From assembly GCA_051251855.1 (NCBI GenBank), contig JBPOGI010000004.1, positions 288,001 through 352,000 of the forward strand: DNA of 64,000 nt, written 5' to 3'. This DNA comes from Roseibacillus sp. Its GTDB lineage: Bacteria > Verrucomicrobiota > Verrucomicrobiia > Verrucomicrobiales > Akkermansiaceae. The translations under genes were made by a program, and so were the position numbers. Positions 18,937 to 28,800 of this stretch are shown here, piece after piece. The notes beneath the pieces were generated by a model. That model was not told where the DNA came from. It made no database searches and was given only the letters and a program-made list of their open reading frames with translations. Numbering within the stretch: the stretch's first letter is position 1; every line of letters begins with the position of its first letter.

Positions 18937-19821
18937 ATGTATTTCACCGGATTTGCCGACGAAGCCGCCCGCGACCTAGCCACTCAAATCAAAGCCACCA
19001 AGGAAATTGGCTGGACCAAAATCTCCGCCCGCGGAGTCAATGGCAGTAACATCCACGAACTCCCCGAGGACGAGTTCAATTCAGTCGCCGACCAACTCGA
19101 CGAAGCCGGCATCACCATCCCCGAGTTCGGGTCCCTCATCGGCAACTGGGGTAAGCCCATCACCAGCGACTTCGACATCACCCTCGCCGAAATCGAGCGC
19201 GCTATTCCTCGCATGAAGCGCCTCGGCACCCAAATCATCCGCATCATGTCCTACGCCCAAGAACCCTGGGGCAGTGACCAAAACGAAGCCGAACGCTTCC
19301 GACGCCTGCGCGAAATCGTCACCCGCTTCGCCGACGCTGGCCTCACCGCCGCGCACGAAAACTGCATGAACTGGGGAGGCTTCTCCGCCCAACACTCCCT
19401 GCGCCTCGTCGAAGAAGTTCCGGGCCTCAAGCTCATCTTCGACACCGCCAACCCCGTCTTCCAAATGGACCGCTCCCAGCCACAAGCTAACGGAACCTTC
19501 CCTTGGCAAGACCCCCTCGCATTCTACCACGCCGTCCGCGAGCACATCATTCACGTCCACATCAAAGACTGCACCAATCCCCCCGCCGGCGAAACCGAGC
19601 CTGCCGAATACACCCTCCCCGGCGCCGGCCAAGCCAAAATCCGCGAGATTCTCACCGAACTCAAAAACTCCGGCTACGACGGAGGCCTCGCCATCGAACC
19701 CCATGTCGCCACCGTCTTCCACGCCGTCGACGGAGCGGAGCCCGACTGGGACCAATGCTACTCCTCCTACGTCGAATACGGCCTCGCCTTCAACACGCTC
19801 TGCAAGGAAATTGGCATCTAA
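18937..19821 (+). CDS. Sugar phosphate isomerase/epimerase (xylose isomerase-like TIM barrel)
   Basis: GFADE, HEN, FDTAN, HVHIKD and IEPH metal ligands. Confidence 0.85.
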   Translation: MYFTGFADEAARDLATQIKATKEIGWTKISARGVNGSNIHELPEDEFNSVADQLDEAGITIPEFGSLIGNWGKPITSDFDITLAEIERAIPRMKRLGTQIIRIMSYAQEPWGSDQNEAERFRRLREIVTRFADAGLTAAHENCMNWGGFSAQHSLRLVEEVPGLKLIFDTANPVFQMDRSQPQANGTFPWQDPLAFYHAVREHIIHVHIKDCTNPPAGETEPAEYTLPGAGQAKIREILTELKNSGYDGGLAIEPHVATVFHAVDGAEPDWDQCYSSYVEYGLAFNTLCKEIGI

Positions 19822-19825
19822 TCGA

Positions 19826-19853
19826 TTTGGAGTGCGCAGCACCGCACTCCAAA
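19826..19853. repeat. REP-like palindrome
   Basis: TTTGGAGTGCG-cagcac-CGCACTCCAAA, a perfect 11-bp stem just after a stop codon; related copy at 42072-42097. Confidence 0.6.
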
Positions 19854-19907
19854 GATCACCATAGCTATCGACACCTAGTCAAAAGCTCATCACCTTTCTC
19901 GTACGCG

Positions 19908-21539
19908 ATGGAATGGCTCGAGCAACTACAGAACTACCACGGACCTCCTCTGGTTCTGGCACTGCTCATTTGCCTGGGGACCCTCATTAGCGAAGACCTC
20001 GCCTGCATCGCCGCTGGCATCCTTGCTGCCAAAGGCTGGATTCCGTTTCCCCTCGCGCTCGCGGGAGCTTCTCTTGGCATCTATGGTGGCGACCTCGCTC
20101 TCTACGGCATTGGCCATTTCAGCCAGAAAAGCAAACGACACTGGCGCTGGTTAGATCGACTTGTCTCCGAAGAACGTATCGAGCGCGGACGTCGGCTTTT
20201 CGAACGCTATGGCACACGCTGGATCTTTCTCTCACGCTTCCTTCCTGGCAGCCGCCTTCCCTCCTACATCGCCGCCGGGGCAGTCGGCTGGTCCTTTCCT
20301 CGTTTTACAGGAGCTCTAGGAATTGCCGTCCTCATCTGGACCCCTGTCCTCGTGGGCTTTAGTTTCTACTCTGGTCAAAAGGTTCTCACCTTCCTTGAAG
20401 GCTATCAAAAGTGGGCCTACCCCATCCTCTGGATTCTTGCACTTGTTCTCTTTCTCCTCATCAAGATCATTGTCCCACTCTTCAGCTGGCGCGGTCGCCG
20501 TCTACTCGCTGGCAAATGGCGAAGACTCACCCACTGGGAATACTGGCCACCCGCGATCGTCTATCCCTTCGCCATCGGCCCCCTTCTCTTTCGCCGTTTC
20601 CAAGGAGGGCGCACCCTCGACTTCCTGAGCTGTAATCCCGCCATGCCTCTCTCCGGCTTCGCAATGGAATCCAAAGGCGACATTCTCGACAGCTTCACCC
20701 CACCAACTCTCTCACGTATCCGCATCGCCGACTACCAGCGCTTCACCCAAAAAAACGCTGTTCAAACTATCGCCCACTTCGCGGAGAAACACGGCTGGCC
20801 CCTCGTCCTCAAACCCGATGTTGGCGAGCGCGGCAATGGCGTCGCCATCGTTCGAAACCTCGAAGAAGCTCACCACTGGATGAATCGAATCGGTGAAGGC
20901 CAGGCCCTCGTGCAAGAATATATTCCCGGCCTCGAAGTCGGTATCCACTGGGCTCGCCTCCCCGAAAGGCCCACCGGAATCATCACCTCCATAGCCCGCA
21001 AGCTTCCTCAGAGCCTTCTTGGAAACGGAAGCGACACCATCGAACAACTTCTCCTCAAAGACCCCCGTGCGCGAGCGATGGCCAAGCACTTCCTCCAACA
21101 ATTTGGACTTCGCCTCACTGAAATCCCCGCCGACGGAGAGAAAATCACCCTCACCGAACTCGGCACCCACTGCCTCGGAGCCATCTTCGAAGACGCCCGC
21201 GACTGGATCACTCCCGAACTCTCCCAAACCCTCGACGAAGTCGGCCTCTCCTATGAAGGCTTTCACTTCGGGCGCTACGACATTCGCGTCCCCAACGAAG
21301 AAAGCCTCCGGCGTGGCAAAGGCCTCGTCATCCTCGAACTCAACGGCGTCACCGGAGAACCAGCCCACATCTACCAACCCAACTACCCCCTCCGACGTGG
21401 CCTCAAAGACCTTCGTAAACACTACCAGCTCGCCAGTCAAATTGGACGCGAACTTTGCGAAAAAGGAGCTCCTCACTCCTCTTGGAAAGAACTCTGGACC
21501 ACCATCAAAGAACACAAAAAGGAGCAGGGAGATTCCTGA
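19908..21539 (+). CDS. DedA/VTT membrane domain fused to an ATP-grasp (D-Ala-D-Ala ligase-like) domain
   Basis: Start reassigned to ATG 19908. DedA motifs GDLALYGIG and SRFLPGSR; ATP-grasp motifs PLVLKPDVGERGNGV, VQEYIPG, GRYDIR and ILELNG. Confidence 0.8.
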   Translation: MEWLEQLQNYHGPPLVLALLICLGTLISEDLACIAAGILAAKGWIPFPLALAGASLGIYGGDLALYGIGHFSQKSKRHWRWLDRLVSEERIERGRRLFERYGTRWIFLSRFLPGSRLPSYIAAGAVGWSFPRFTGALGIAVLIWTPVLVGFSFYSGQKVLTFLEGYQKWAYPILWILALVLFLLIKIIVPLFSWRGRRLLAGKWRRLTHWEYWPPAIVYPFAIGPLLFRRFQGGRTLDFLSCNPAMPLSGFAMESKGDILDSFTPPTLSRIRIADYQRFTQKNAVQTIAHFAEKHGWPLVLKPDVGERGNGVAIVRNLEEAHHWMNRIGEGQALVQEYIPGLEVGIHWARLPERPTGIITSIARKLPQSLLGNGSDTIEQLLLKDPRARAMAKHFLQQFGLRLTEIPADGEKITLTELGTHCLGAIFEDARDWITPELSQTLDEVGLSYEGFHFGRYDIRVPNEESLRRGKGLVILELNGVTGEPAHIYQPNYPLRRGLKDLRKHYQLASQIGRELCEKGAPHSSWKELWTTIKEHKKEQGDS

Positions 21540-21570
21540 CCTGAAGCAGGTTCGACTCGTGTACCCCCCC

Positions 21571-24054
21571 TTACCCCTGCTCTTTCGTCACGAAAAACTC
21601 CTTGTCCACCTTCCAACCAGATGGCCAAGCCACCCCAGGTAATAACCGTCCCGCACTCCCTGCTTTCCAACCTGTTTGAAAGGTCGATAGCAGTGAACCC
21701 TTCTCATCAGGATGCGGCATTGACCAAGTGAGGATTTCCCCCGACTCCACCAGTGATGGGTAGACCCCTTCTTTCCTCAACGCTTCCTCATCTCCCTCCC
21801 AGCCGTCCAACAATTGAATCATCCGGCCTTCCTTGCGGCAGCTCTTAATCAACTCCTCGGACAACTCTTTACGCCGGAGCGCCAATCGCCTCACACGCTC
21901 CTCACTGGCAACCTTAAGAATCTCTTCCTCACTAGCCCCCTTTTCCACCAGAACCAACTTCACTCCAGCTATCCGAGGAAGAAGCAGCCCCAATACCCTC
22001 GAAACCGAATCCTCCGGTTCCCACTCTAACAAAATCTTCTCTCCTCGGCTCCAGAACCCAACCGAACTCAACTCCCGTGCCTGGCGAACCAAAGGAGCAA
22101 ACTCCTCAGCAGACATCTCGCCCAACTCATGCACTTCCTCCCACCAAGTTGCTGGCTCCTCCGTGAGAAAACGCCCCGGATCAGCAAAGCGACGCTGGTC
22201 GATGGCCTCTCCATCCAAAGCCTCACTTGCCATCGTCCGCCAAATTTTCTCCACTGCCGCCGCACTGACCTCCGTCGGTTCAATGGGCTCACTAAAGGTC
22301 ACAGTCAGCCCAGACCCAATGCGCCGAGGCCACTTCTTAAAATATCGCCCACCCGAAAAGCTCGTAAACGTCCCCCACAACCCATGCATGTATGCGGCCA
22401 CCACTGGACACTTGGCCTTACGCGCAATCATCTCGAAGCCGCGCTTAATCTCACTCGGCGCTCCCGTTCGGCTCAATTGCCCCTCCGGAAAAATGCAAAC
22501 CACATTCCCTGCCGCCGCCTCCTCCGCAGCAATACGAATCGCCTCCTTGGCCCTCTCCGGAGACACCGGCACCGCATTGAAAGTCTGCGCAAATTTGCCC
22601 ACCCACTTGTGGCGATAACACTTCTCGGCAATTAAAAAGCGCACCGGACGTGGACTAGCCGCAGACATCACCAACGCGTCCACAAAGGTCATATGGTTCG
22701 GGCAGAGAATCACCCCTCCCTCCTTTGGCATCTTATCGGCATCAACAATCTTAATACGATAGAAGGACCGAATCAGAGTCACCCCGACAAAGAACCAGAA
22801 ATCCCGAGGTAGTAACTTCATCACATACCGGGTAGTCAGCGCTGCAAAAATCGCAAAAACCACCATCTGAAAACCAATCGGCAACGAGATAGCTTTAAAG
22901 ACAAACTGTAACAGAATCGCTAGCGCTCCCGCCAAATTATTCATCAAGTTCGAGACGCTCAGCACCTTCCCCCGCGCATCACTTGGGCTCAGGTCAATGA
23001 GGTTGGCCTTCAACGGAACCAAGAACACCGCAGCCCCTGCCCCGGCGACAAAGAGACCCAATGAGAACCCCCACCCCGCAGGAGCCAAGGCCAAAACAAT
23101 GGCTCCCACCGTCATCACAAATCCTCCGACTGGCACCAAGCCCAACTCCGTTCCCCGACGACTCAAGAAGCCGGCAGCGATACTTCCCAAAGCAATACCG
23201 ATGCTTGCCGTCGCCATCATCAAAGAATTTGCCGTCCCCGTCCCCGCTCCCCCATTATACATCTCGCTCGCCACCTGATAGACCGCTAACAACATAAAGG
23301 TCGCGAATCCCCAAAAGAAAGCCACCCCCAGCGCACTTAGCTTCAGTGCACGTTGGGACCATACTACTTTAAAGTCTCGCACGTGGCGAAAGGCAACCTC
23401 CTTCGTCAACGGTCCCACCTCATGAGGAGAAGTCTTTTCAATCATCCGAGACAGAACAACTGCAAGAAGGCAACCGCCAAACACCGCAAGCATAGGAGGC
23501 AAGGCTGCCGACCACCCCTCTTTGGTTTCAAGCAATCGCTGGTCAAAAAGAATCCCCGCCACAATCTGGCCAATCAGGACACAAAGAATGGTCACCCCTT
23601 CTGCCACTCCACTACCAAAGGCCAACTTCTTGCGCCCTAACAATTCCTTCAAGATTCCCGCCTTCGCAGGTGAAAGGAGCGCCGACTGCAAGGCCAGAAT
23701 AAAGAACGCCAAAACCGCTAGCGGCAATGACCGCTGCCACATCGCAAAGCACATGAAGCCCAACGCCGCCAACTGCATCCAAGCGGCCCAGCGCACCACC
23801 AGATTCTTCGGAAACCGATCCGCCAACCACCCCGAGCTCGGCGCGAACAAAATATAAGGCAGCACCATCAAAATCCCAAGCAAGTGCTCAATATTGAAAC
23901 CCACCCCCTGTGCCACCAACCAACCGCCCAAAGGCAGTAACATGAAGCGCGCAAAGTTATCATTAAAGGCATTGAGCCCCGTCATCGCCGTCATCGCAGA
24001 ATACGACAACCAATTGCGGCGGGAAGGCTCATGAGCTTCAAGGTCGGTGGACAT
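21571..24054 (-). CDS. MFS lysophospholipid transporter-acyltransferase fusion (LplT/Aas-like) with degenerate C-terminal ligase remnant
   Basis: About 12 TM MFS domain (NAFNDN, GWLADRF); PlsC motifs NHMTFVD and FPEG; short GSAGRLLPG tail. Start likely ATG 24054. Confidence 0.85.
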   Translation of the reverse strand: MSTDLEAHEPSRRNWLSYSAMTAMTGLNAFNDNFARFMLLPLGGWLVAQGVGFNIEHLLGILMVLPYILFAPSSGWLADRFPKNLVVRWAAWMQLAALGFMCFAMWQRSLPLAVLAFFILALQSALLSPAKAGILKELLGRKKLAFGSGVAEGVTILCVLIGQIVAGILFDQRLLETKEGWSAALPPMLAVFGGCLLAVVLSRMIEKTSPHEVGPLTKEVAFRHVRDFKVVWSQRALKLSALGVAFFWGFATFMLLAVYQVASEMYNGGAGTGTANSLMMATASIGIALGSIAAGFLSRRGTELGLVPVGGFVMTVGAIVLALAPAGWGFSLGLFVAGAGAAVFLVPLKANLIDLSPSDARGKVLSVSNLMNNLAGALAILLQFVFKAISLPIGFQMVVFAIFAALTTRYVMKLLPRDFWFFVGVTLIRSFYRIKIVDADKMPKEGGVILCPNHMTFVDALVMSAASPRPVRFLIAEKCYRHKWVGKFAQTFNAVPVSPERAKEAIRIAAEEAAAGNVVCIFPEGQLSRTGAPSEIKRGFEMIARKAKCPVVAAYMHGLWGTFTSFSGGRYFKKWPRRIGSGLTVTFSEPIEPTEVSAAAVEKIWRTMASEALDGEAIDQRRFADPGRFLTEEPATWWEEVHELGEMSAEEFAPLVRQARELSSVGFWSRGEKILLEWEPEDSVSRVLGLLLPRIAGVKLVLVEKGASEEEILKVASEERVRRLALRRKELSEELIKSCRKEGRMIQLLDGWEGDEEALRKEGVYPSLVESGEILTWSMPHPDEKGSLLSTFQTGWKAGSAGRLLPGVAWPSGWKVDKEFFVTKEQG

Positions 24055-24164
24055 GCCTATGTGATAGCAGGTCGCAGGCTTCGGGGGAAATTGATACTGA
24101 CGAGACAACTATTGATTTCCTCGATAGTGATGATTCGCGGTGGCCACTCGGGCAGAAGGCTGGA

Positions 24165-24383
24165 GAGGCCTTGAAAAACCGAAAAACCAAAAACTCAAAA
24201 ACCAAAGGACGGGCCTATGCCTCACGATCCAGATCTAGCGGACCGCGAGTGCCCTCACTCGCTTCTACCGAAACGTTAGACCCCCACCGACCCCGTCAAA
24301 ACCCCAATAAAAAAGGCCGCATGCAAACAAGCAGGCGACCCTTTGGTTTTTGAGTTTTTGAACATTTGGTTTTTCAAGGCCTC
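24165..24383. repeat. 219-bp element bounded by 44-bp imperfect inverted repeats built of AAAAAC(C/T)-type units (MITE-like)
   Basis: 24165-24208 and the reverse complement of 24340-24383 match at 39/44 positions by manual alignment. Confidence 0.75.
24309..24341 (-). terminator. Probable terminator downstream of the PspA gene
   Basis: Minus strand GGGTCGCCTGC-ttgttt-GCATGCGGCC-TTTTTT (imperfect stem). Confidence 0.5.
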
Positions 24384-24419
24384 ACCGACCTACCCAAACT
24401 GCCCTTCGACGTCGAAAAA

Positions 24420-25187
24420 CTAACTCTCCTTCACAGGCCCCATCGTGCCTTCGGCAGTCCCCTCACCAGCCGCATCCGTCCCAGCAGACTCAGCACTCCC
24501 AGACTTCTCCAGTTCAATTCCCTCAGCTGCCGCAAACTCAGCCAAAGCCATCTCCGCGAGAGCATCCTGCTCGGAAGCCTTTGCGTCAATATCTCCAAGG
24601 TCGAGAGCGTCTTTCGCTACTCTGGCACGGCCTGCAGCCTTGGTGCGCTCCTCTTCCACGATACCTTCAAGACGATTCAAAGTATCACCTGCACCACCGA
24701 TTTCAGTGACCATACCTGCCGCCATCTCATTGAGCTCTGCAGTGGCCTTTTGTAATTTCATGTCGTCGATATCACGAGCGAGGCGCTCGATCTTCTCCTT
24801 AGCCTCTTTGACGGTGACGTCACGGGCGCGCAAAAGCTCTTGATAGCGAGATTCGGCAGCCTCCAACTGCTGTTGAACTTCATCATGCTCCTTCTCGGAG
24901 GACTTGAGCTTGAGAGCATACTCAGCAGCTGCTGCGCGATTGCCGGCCTTCAAATTAGCACCCGTCTTAGCACGAAGCTCCTCTTCTTCACGGCCCAGCT
25001 TTTTTGCCTGGGTGATAAGCCGCTCAACAAGGCCTGCATGATTTGCCAAGCCCTTGTTGAACTCTGAAATCTGTTTACGAAGATTTTCCTTCTCAACCTC
25101 CAAGAGAGCCTCAGGATTTTTTTTCTCCAAACCGCCTACGAAGAGGCCGAAGAAGCCTTTGATAATATTGCCTAGTCTCTTAAACAT
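24420..25187 (-). CDS. PspA/IM30 family protein
   Basis: Amphipathic N-terminus MFKRLGNIIKG, NPEALL, and a long coiled coil. Confidence 0.85.
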   Translation of the reverse strand: MFKRLGNIIKGFFGLFVGGLEKKNPEALLEVEKENLRKQISEFNKGLANHAGLVERLITQAKKLGREEEELRAKTGANLKAGNRAAAAEYALKLKSSEKEHDEVQQQLEAAESRYQELLRARDVTVKEAKEKIERLARDIDDMKLQKATAELNEMAAGMVTEIGGAGDTLNRLEGIVEEERTKAAGRARVAKDALDLGDIDAKASEQDALAEMALAEFAAAEGIELEKSGSAESAGTDAAGEGTAEGTMGPVKES

Positions 25188-25339
25188 CGTTTTTTCCTTT
25201 TGTTAACAGCGCTACAATGACGTTTGATCGTCCCATTGGGCAAGGATAAGAAACGCGGTAATTTGGAATGGCCTCTCAAGTTCTGTCAGACTTCCTTCGT
25301 GCCCCCGAGCCCTACAACGACTAAAAGGCCTCTTCTCCT

Positions 25340-26239
25340 ATGAAGTTTGCCATTTGCAACGAGACCTTCCAAGACCGCCCCTTCGTGCAACAATGCGAAA
25401 CGGCGGCCGCTCTTGGCTACACCGGACTGGAGATTGCCCCTTTCACGATCTCCCCCAATGACGACGCTACCCGACTGGATCCATCCTATGGCGAATACTT
25501 GTTGGAGACGGCCCAATTTCACGGCCTCGAAATCATTGGTCTCCATTGGCTCCTTGCCAAAACCGACCATCTCAATGACGGCAAAGGCTTCCATCTCACC
25601 TCACCCGATGACGAGCTTCGTGCTGCTACGCTCAAATACACCAAGCACCTCGCCGACCTCTGCTATGCCATGGAAGGCAAGGTGATGGTCTGGGGCTCAC
25701 CGCAGCAGCGGAATATCGAACCCGACTGGTCCCTTGATGACTCCGCCAAACGAGCTTCTGAGCTATTGCGCGAAGCCGCCGAATATTGCGAACCACTCGG
25801 CATTACTATTGCGGTCGAGCCCCTCGGCCATACCGAGACCAATTTCCTCACCTCTGCCCGGGAAACCGCTATTTTGCTCAACCTCGTCGATCATCCCAAC
25901 TGCCAGCTTCACCTCGACGTCAAAGCGATGTCCTACGAACTCGATCGCGAAACTCCTGGCGCTCCAACTCCGGAAGGAATCATCCCGACCCGCGAGCAAA
26001 TCGATAACTACATGGGCGAACTCGTCCGCCATCACCGCAGCCGCCTTGCCCACTTTCACGCCAACGACCCCAACATGTTAGGCCCCGGCATGGGTGCCGT
26101 CGATCACACTGCCGCAGCTGCAGCCCTGCGCGAAATCGATTATCAAGGTTGGGTCTCCGTCGAGGTCTTTAAATACGACCCCTCCCCCAATGAAATTGCC
26201 CAGCGGTCGATGGAATACCTCCAGCAAGTCTACCGTTAG
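25340..26239 (+). CDS. Sugar phosphate isomerase/epimerase (D-psicose/D-tagatose 3-epimerase-like)
   Basis: GYTGLEIAP, VEPL...ETNF, HLD, HFHAND and WVSVE. Confidence 0.85.
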   Translation: MKFAICNETFQDRPFVQQCETAAALGYTGLEIAPFTISPNDDATRLDPSYGEYLLETAQFHGLEIIGLHWLLAKTDHLNDGKGFHLTSPDDELRAATLKYTKHLADLCYAMEGKVMVWGSPQQRNIEPDWSLDDSAKRASELLREAAEYCEPLGITIAVEPLGHTETNFLTSARETAILLNLVDHPNCQLHLDVKAMSYELDRETPGAPTPEGIIPTREQIDNYMGELVRHHRSRLAHFHANDPNMLGPGMGAVDHTAAAAALREIDYQGWVSVEVFKYDPSPNEIAQRSMEYLQQVYR

Positions 26240-26277
26240 ACAAAAAAGAAACGACGGCTGAATCCGCTCTGGGCGAA

Positions 26278-27381
26278 TCAATCGACAGGAATTTCTTTCA
26301 CCTTGCCGCCCTTTTCCACCATCGTGAACTTGCCGCTAGCCCGCTTGGCCAATTCTTTCATCGCCTCGGCCGCTTTCGGCTCCATCATTGCGATACAATT
26401 CACTATGATTTTGCGAGACTTGGCTTTGTTTCCAACCGATTTTGCCGTGTCCATCGCTGTATCGCCGCCTGTGGTTCCGTCGGTCATGAAGTAAATCACC
26501 TGAGGCCTCGGATCCATATCCATCGCCATTTCCAAAGCGTCGTCCCAGCGAGTTCCCAACACGAGAGGGGTCTCTTTAACGTGCTTCAAGCTATCCAACA
26601 CCACCTGTTTCTTCTCGGCGTCCCGACGCTCGCTTCCAATCAAGCCATCAGTGGTTGGCACCGTCAGCCATTCCGCTCTCTGCTTCTTGCCCTTTGGCTT
26701 TCCGTTGGCCCACTCATATTTCTTCCCATCGAGCCCAGTGAAGACATTATTTCTGGAACCGCGCACATCGGCGACCTTACTACCCGCGACCCATGCCGGG
26801 CCCGCGAAAAAAATCATCTGGTATTGCGTCCCCGGAGTTAAGTCCTTGAGAGACTTCGAGAGCTCCACCTTCATGATCTCTACTCGTTGCTGCGCATTCA
26901 TCGATAAGGAATAATCGATCACGAACGCAATCCGCTCGGCACTACTTTTCTGACCAAAGAAAGTCGTTCCACCGCCTCCACTGGAGCCACCACCACTGCC
27001 CCATCCCGCTCCAAAATCATCACCATCACCAAACTCAATCGATTCTACCGGCATGTCCACTTCAGGGACCGGAATCGCAGTTGGAGAAACCGTATTCGCT
27101 GCAATCACCTTCGCCATCGAAGACGACGGAGCCGACGGCTTCCGCTGCACGCTAGGATTAATTTGCTTCTGCTCAATCTGCTGATCATCCTGAGACGAGG
27201 CTTGATAAGCAACCACATCAGGTTGGGTGAGATTGATTCCCTGAATTGCGACAAGGAAAAGAAGAATTCCAACGAGAACAACTGCTAGAATAGAAATAAG
27301 TAAACTCGAAAGGGTTGCCCTCGCCTTTTGGCGCTTGAGGGCTGCCTCAACCTCGGGACTAATTACACTATTCATGCTCAT
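26278..27381 (-). CDS. Membrane-anchored vWA domain protein
   Basis: Single TM helix, Pro/Gly linker, MIDAS FVIDYSLSM and YFMTDG. Start uncertain (ATG 27381 or 27375). Confidence 0.8.
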   Translation of the reverse strand: MSMNSVISPEVEAALKRQKARATLSSLLISILAVVLVGILLFLVAIQGINLTQPDVVAYQASSQDDQQIEQKQINPSVQRKPSAPSSSMAKVIAANTVSPTAIPVPEVDMPVESIEFGDGDDFGAGWGSGGGSSGGGGTTFFGQKSSAERIAFVIDYSLSMNAQQRVEIMKVELSKSLKDLTPGTQYQMIFFAGPAWVAGSKVADVRGSRNNVFTGLDGKKYEWANGKPKGKKQRAEWLTVPTTDGLIGSERRDAEKKQVVLDSLKHVKETPLVLGTRWDDALEMAMDMDPRPQVIYFMTDGTTGGDTAMDTAKSVGNKAKSRKIIVNCIAMMEPKAAEAMKELAKRASGKFTMVEKGGKVKEIPVD

Positions 27382-27438
27382 GTTTTTGACGTTATTCTTC
27401 AAACGAAGAAAAGGCAACTTCCTTAGTGAAAAGGAGAA

Positions 27439-28791
27439 TTAATCGAATAATCCCTTCAAAAGCCCGCCCGCTTTATCGCGAAGATCGTCGATTTCGTCTT
27501 CGAAAGTGTCCTCCAAATCCTTCAGTAATCCCTTCGCCTCAGGAAGTTGACTGAGAAAATCGAATTCTGGGTCGCTCAGTTCCCCCTTTGAATTCACTCG
27601 CCACAAGACCTGCTTCTCATCAACGAAGCGATTCTGCACCAGTCCCTGTGCCTCTTCGGGAAGGGCATCAAACCACCCTCCGAGAGTCTGACTGACCCTT
27701 TCTCCCGCCAAAAACTCAACTCCAATGTGATGCTGCCCATTCTCGGTCGCAATCCAAGAGTCCCGCGCCAGCCCCACCTCCCATCTACCTGCAGAAAGAG
27801 AAAGCGGCTCAGTTAAAGTCACCCGGTCATCGCGATAAGCACCTACGATACGGCCACTTCGGCCAAATCCAATCCGATCTGGAAGACTCCCGAGCGAAAT
27901 CCCTACTTTCTGGACCTCTTCCACATACCCCCAAACCCGACGAACAATCTTCACTTGTGGATTGAGGTAAGACCCCTCCCCCAAAGCCAAGTCCGCCAAA
28001 ACATCAGCATCAAAGTCACCAGTCTGCTCATCGAAAAGCTTCCCCTTGGCCTCGCCGGCCAACTCTAAATTCACCAATAACAATCCTTCCGAGTCCAATA
28101 AAGTCGCCTGCGCGGCCAAGCTCAAATCTACCTGATTCAAAGTCGCCAGGTCCTCAGGATCAAATTGCAGATCCTTCACTTGAATATCCAGCCCCTCAAT
28201 TTTCAACAGTAGCTTCTCTTTCTCGAAAAGCATTTCCACCTGCCCAGCCTCCAAGCGAGTCTCACCTAGCTTTGCCAACCAGCCATTTTCTTTCGCTTCC
28301 AAGACCCCCTTACTTTTTTTGTCGCCGCCTGCCTCTTCCTTCTCCTCTTCCTTCTCCTCTTCCTTCTCCTCGTCATCTCCTCGAGACTCTTCTGGCTGAC
28401 GAAAGAGTTCTGCAACCGAAAGATCCCCGTCCCGATTCAGACTCATCTGAATCCGTGGCTGAGAAATCACAAAGCGTGTCGTCTCCAAACGACGGGAAAA
28501 GAGCGGGAGAGCCTTCACTCCCAACTCGACTTCAGCCACAAAGATTTCGCTCGGATGAGGAGACGACTCTTTCGGCTTCAGAGAAAGTCCGTGCAAAGTC
28601 ACCTTTTTCGCAAAGAGACTTACCTTCACCTCCTGCACCTCAACGGCAGCATTGAGATTCTCTTCCAGCAACTCCTCCAGATAACTTGCCGAAAAAATTC
28701 GAGCTAGAATCACCTGAGCCAACAAAACCAGAAAAGCCACCGCTAACAAAGCGATGACACCCAATCGAATTCGTTTCTGAGAAGAGGCCAT
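27439..28791 (-). CDS. AsmA/DUF748-like envelope protein
   Basis: N-terminal TM helix, beta-rich body with AsmA-like N-terminus, C-terminal GLLKGLF. Confidence 0.6.
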   Translation of the reverse strand: MASSQKRIRLGVIALLAVAFLVLLAQVILARIFSASYLEELLEENLNAAVEVQEVKVSLFAKKVTLHGLSLKPKESSPHPSEIFVAEVELGVKALPLFSRRLETTRFVISQPRIQMSLNRDGDLSVAELFRQPEESRGDDEEKEEEKEEEKEEAGGDKKSKGVLEAKENGWLAKLGETRLEAGQVEMLFEKEKLLLKIEGLDIQVKDLQFDPEDLATLNQVDLSLAAQATLLDSEGLLLVNLELAGEAKGKLFDEQTGDFDADVLADLALGEGSYLNPQVKIVRRVWGYVEEVQKVGISLGSLPDRIGFGRSGRIVGAYRDDRVTLTEPLSLSAGRWEVGLARDSWIATENGQHHIGVEFLAGERVSQTLGGWFDALPEEAQGLVQNRFVDEKQVLWRVNSKGELSDPEFDFLSQLPEAKGLLKDLEDTFEDEIDDLRDKAGGLLKGLFD

Positions 28792-28800
28792 TGCGCCTCC

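Noticed and set aside
19503..19907. Arg-rich N-terminal extension of the DedA/ATP-grasp ORF
   Set aside because: It is an alternate frame of the upstream epimerase plus the intergenic palindrome; the real start is ATG 19908.
28330..28372. (TCTTCCTTCTCC)-type tandem repeat
   Set aside because: In-frame 12-bp repeat encoding an acidic EEKE linker in the AsmA-like protein; no frameshift potential.
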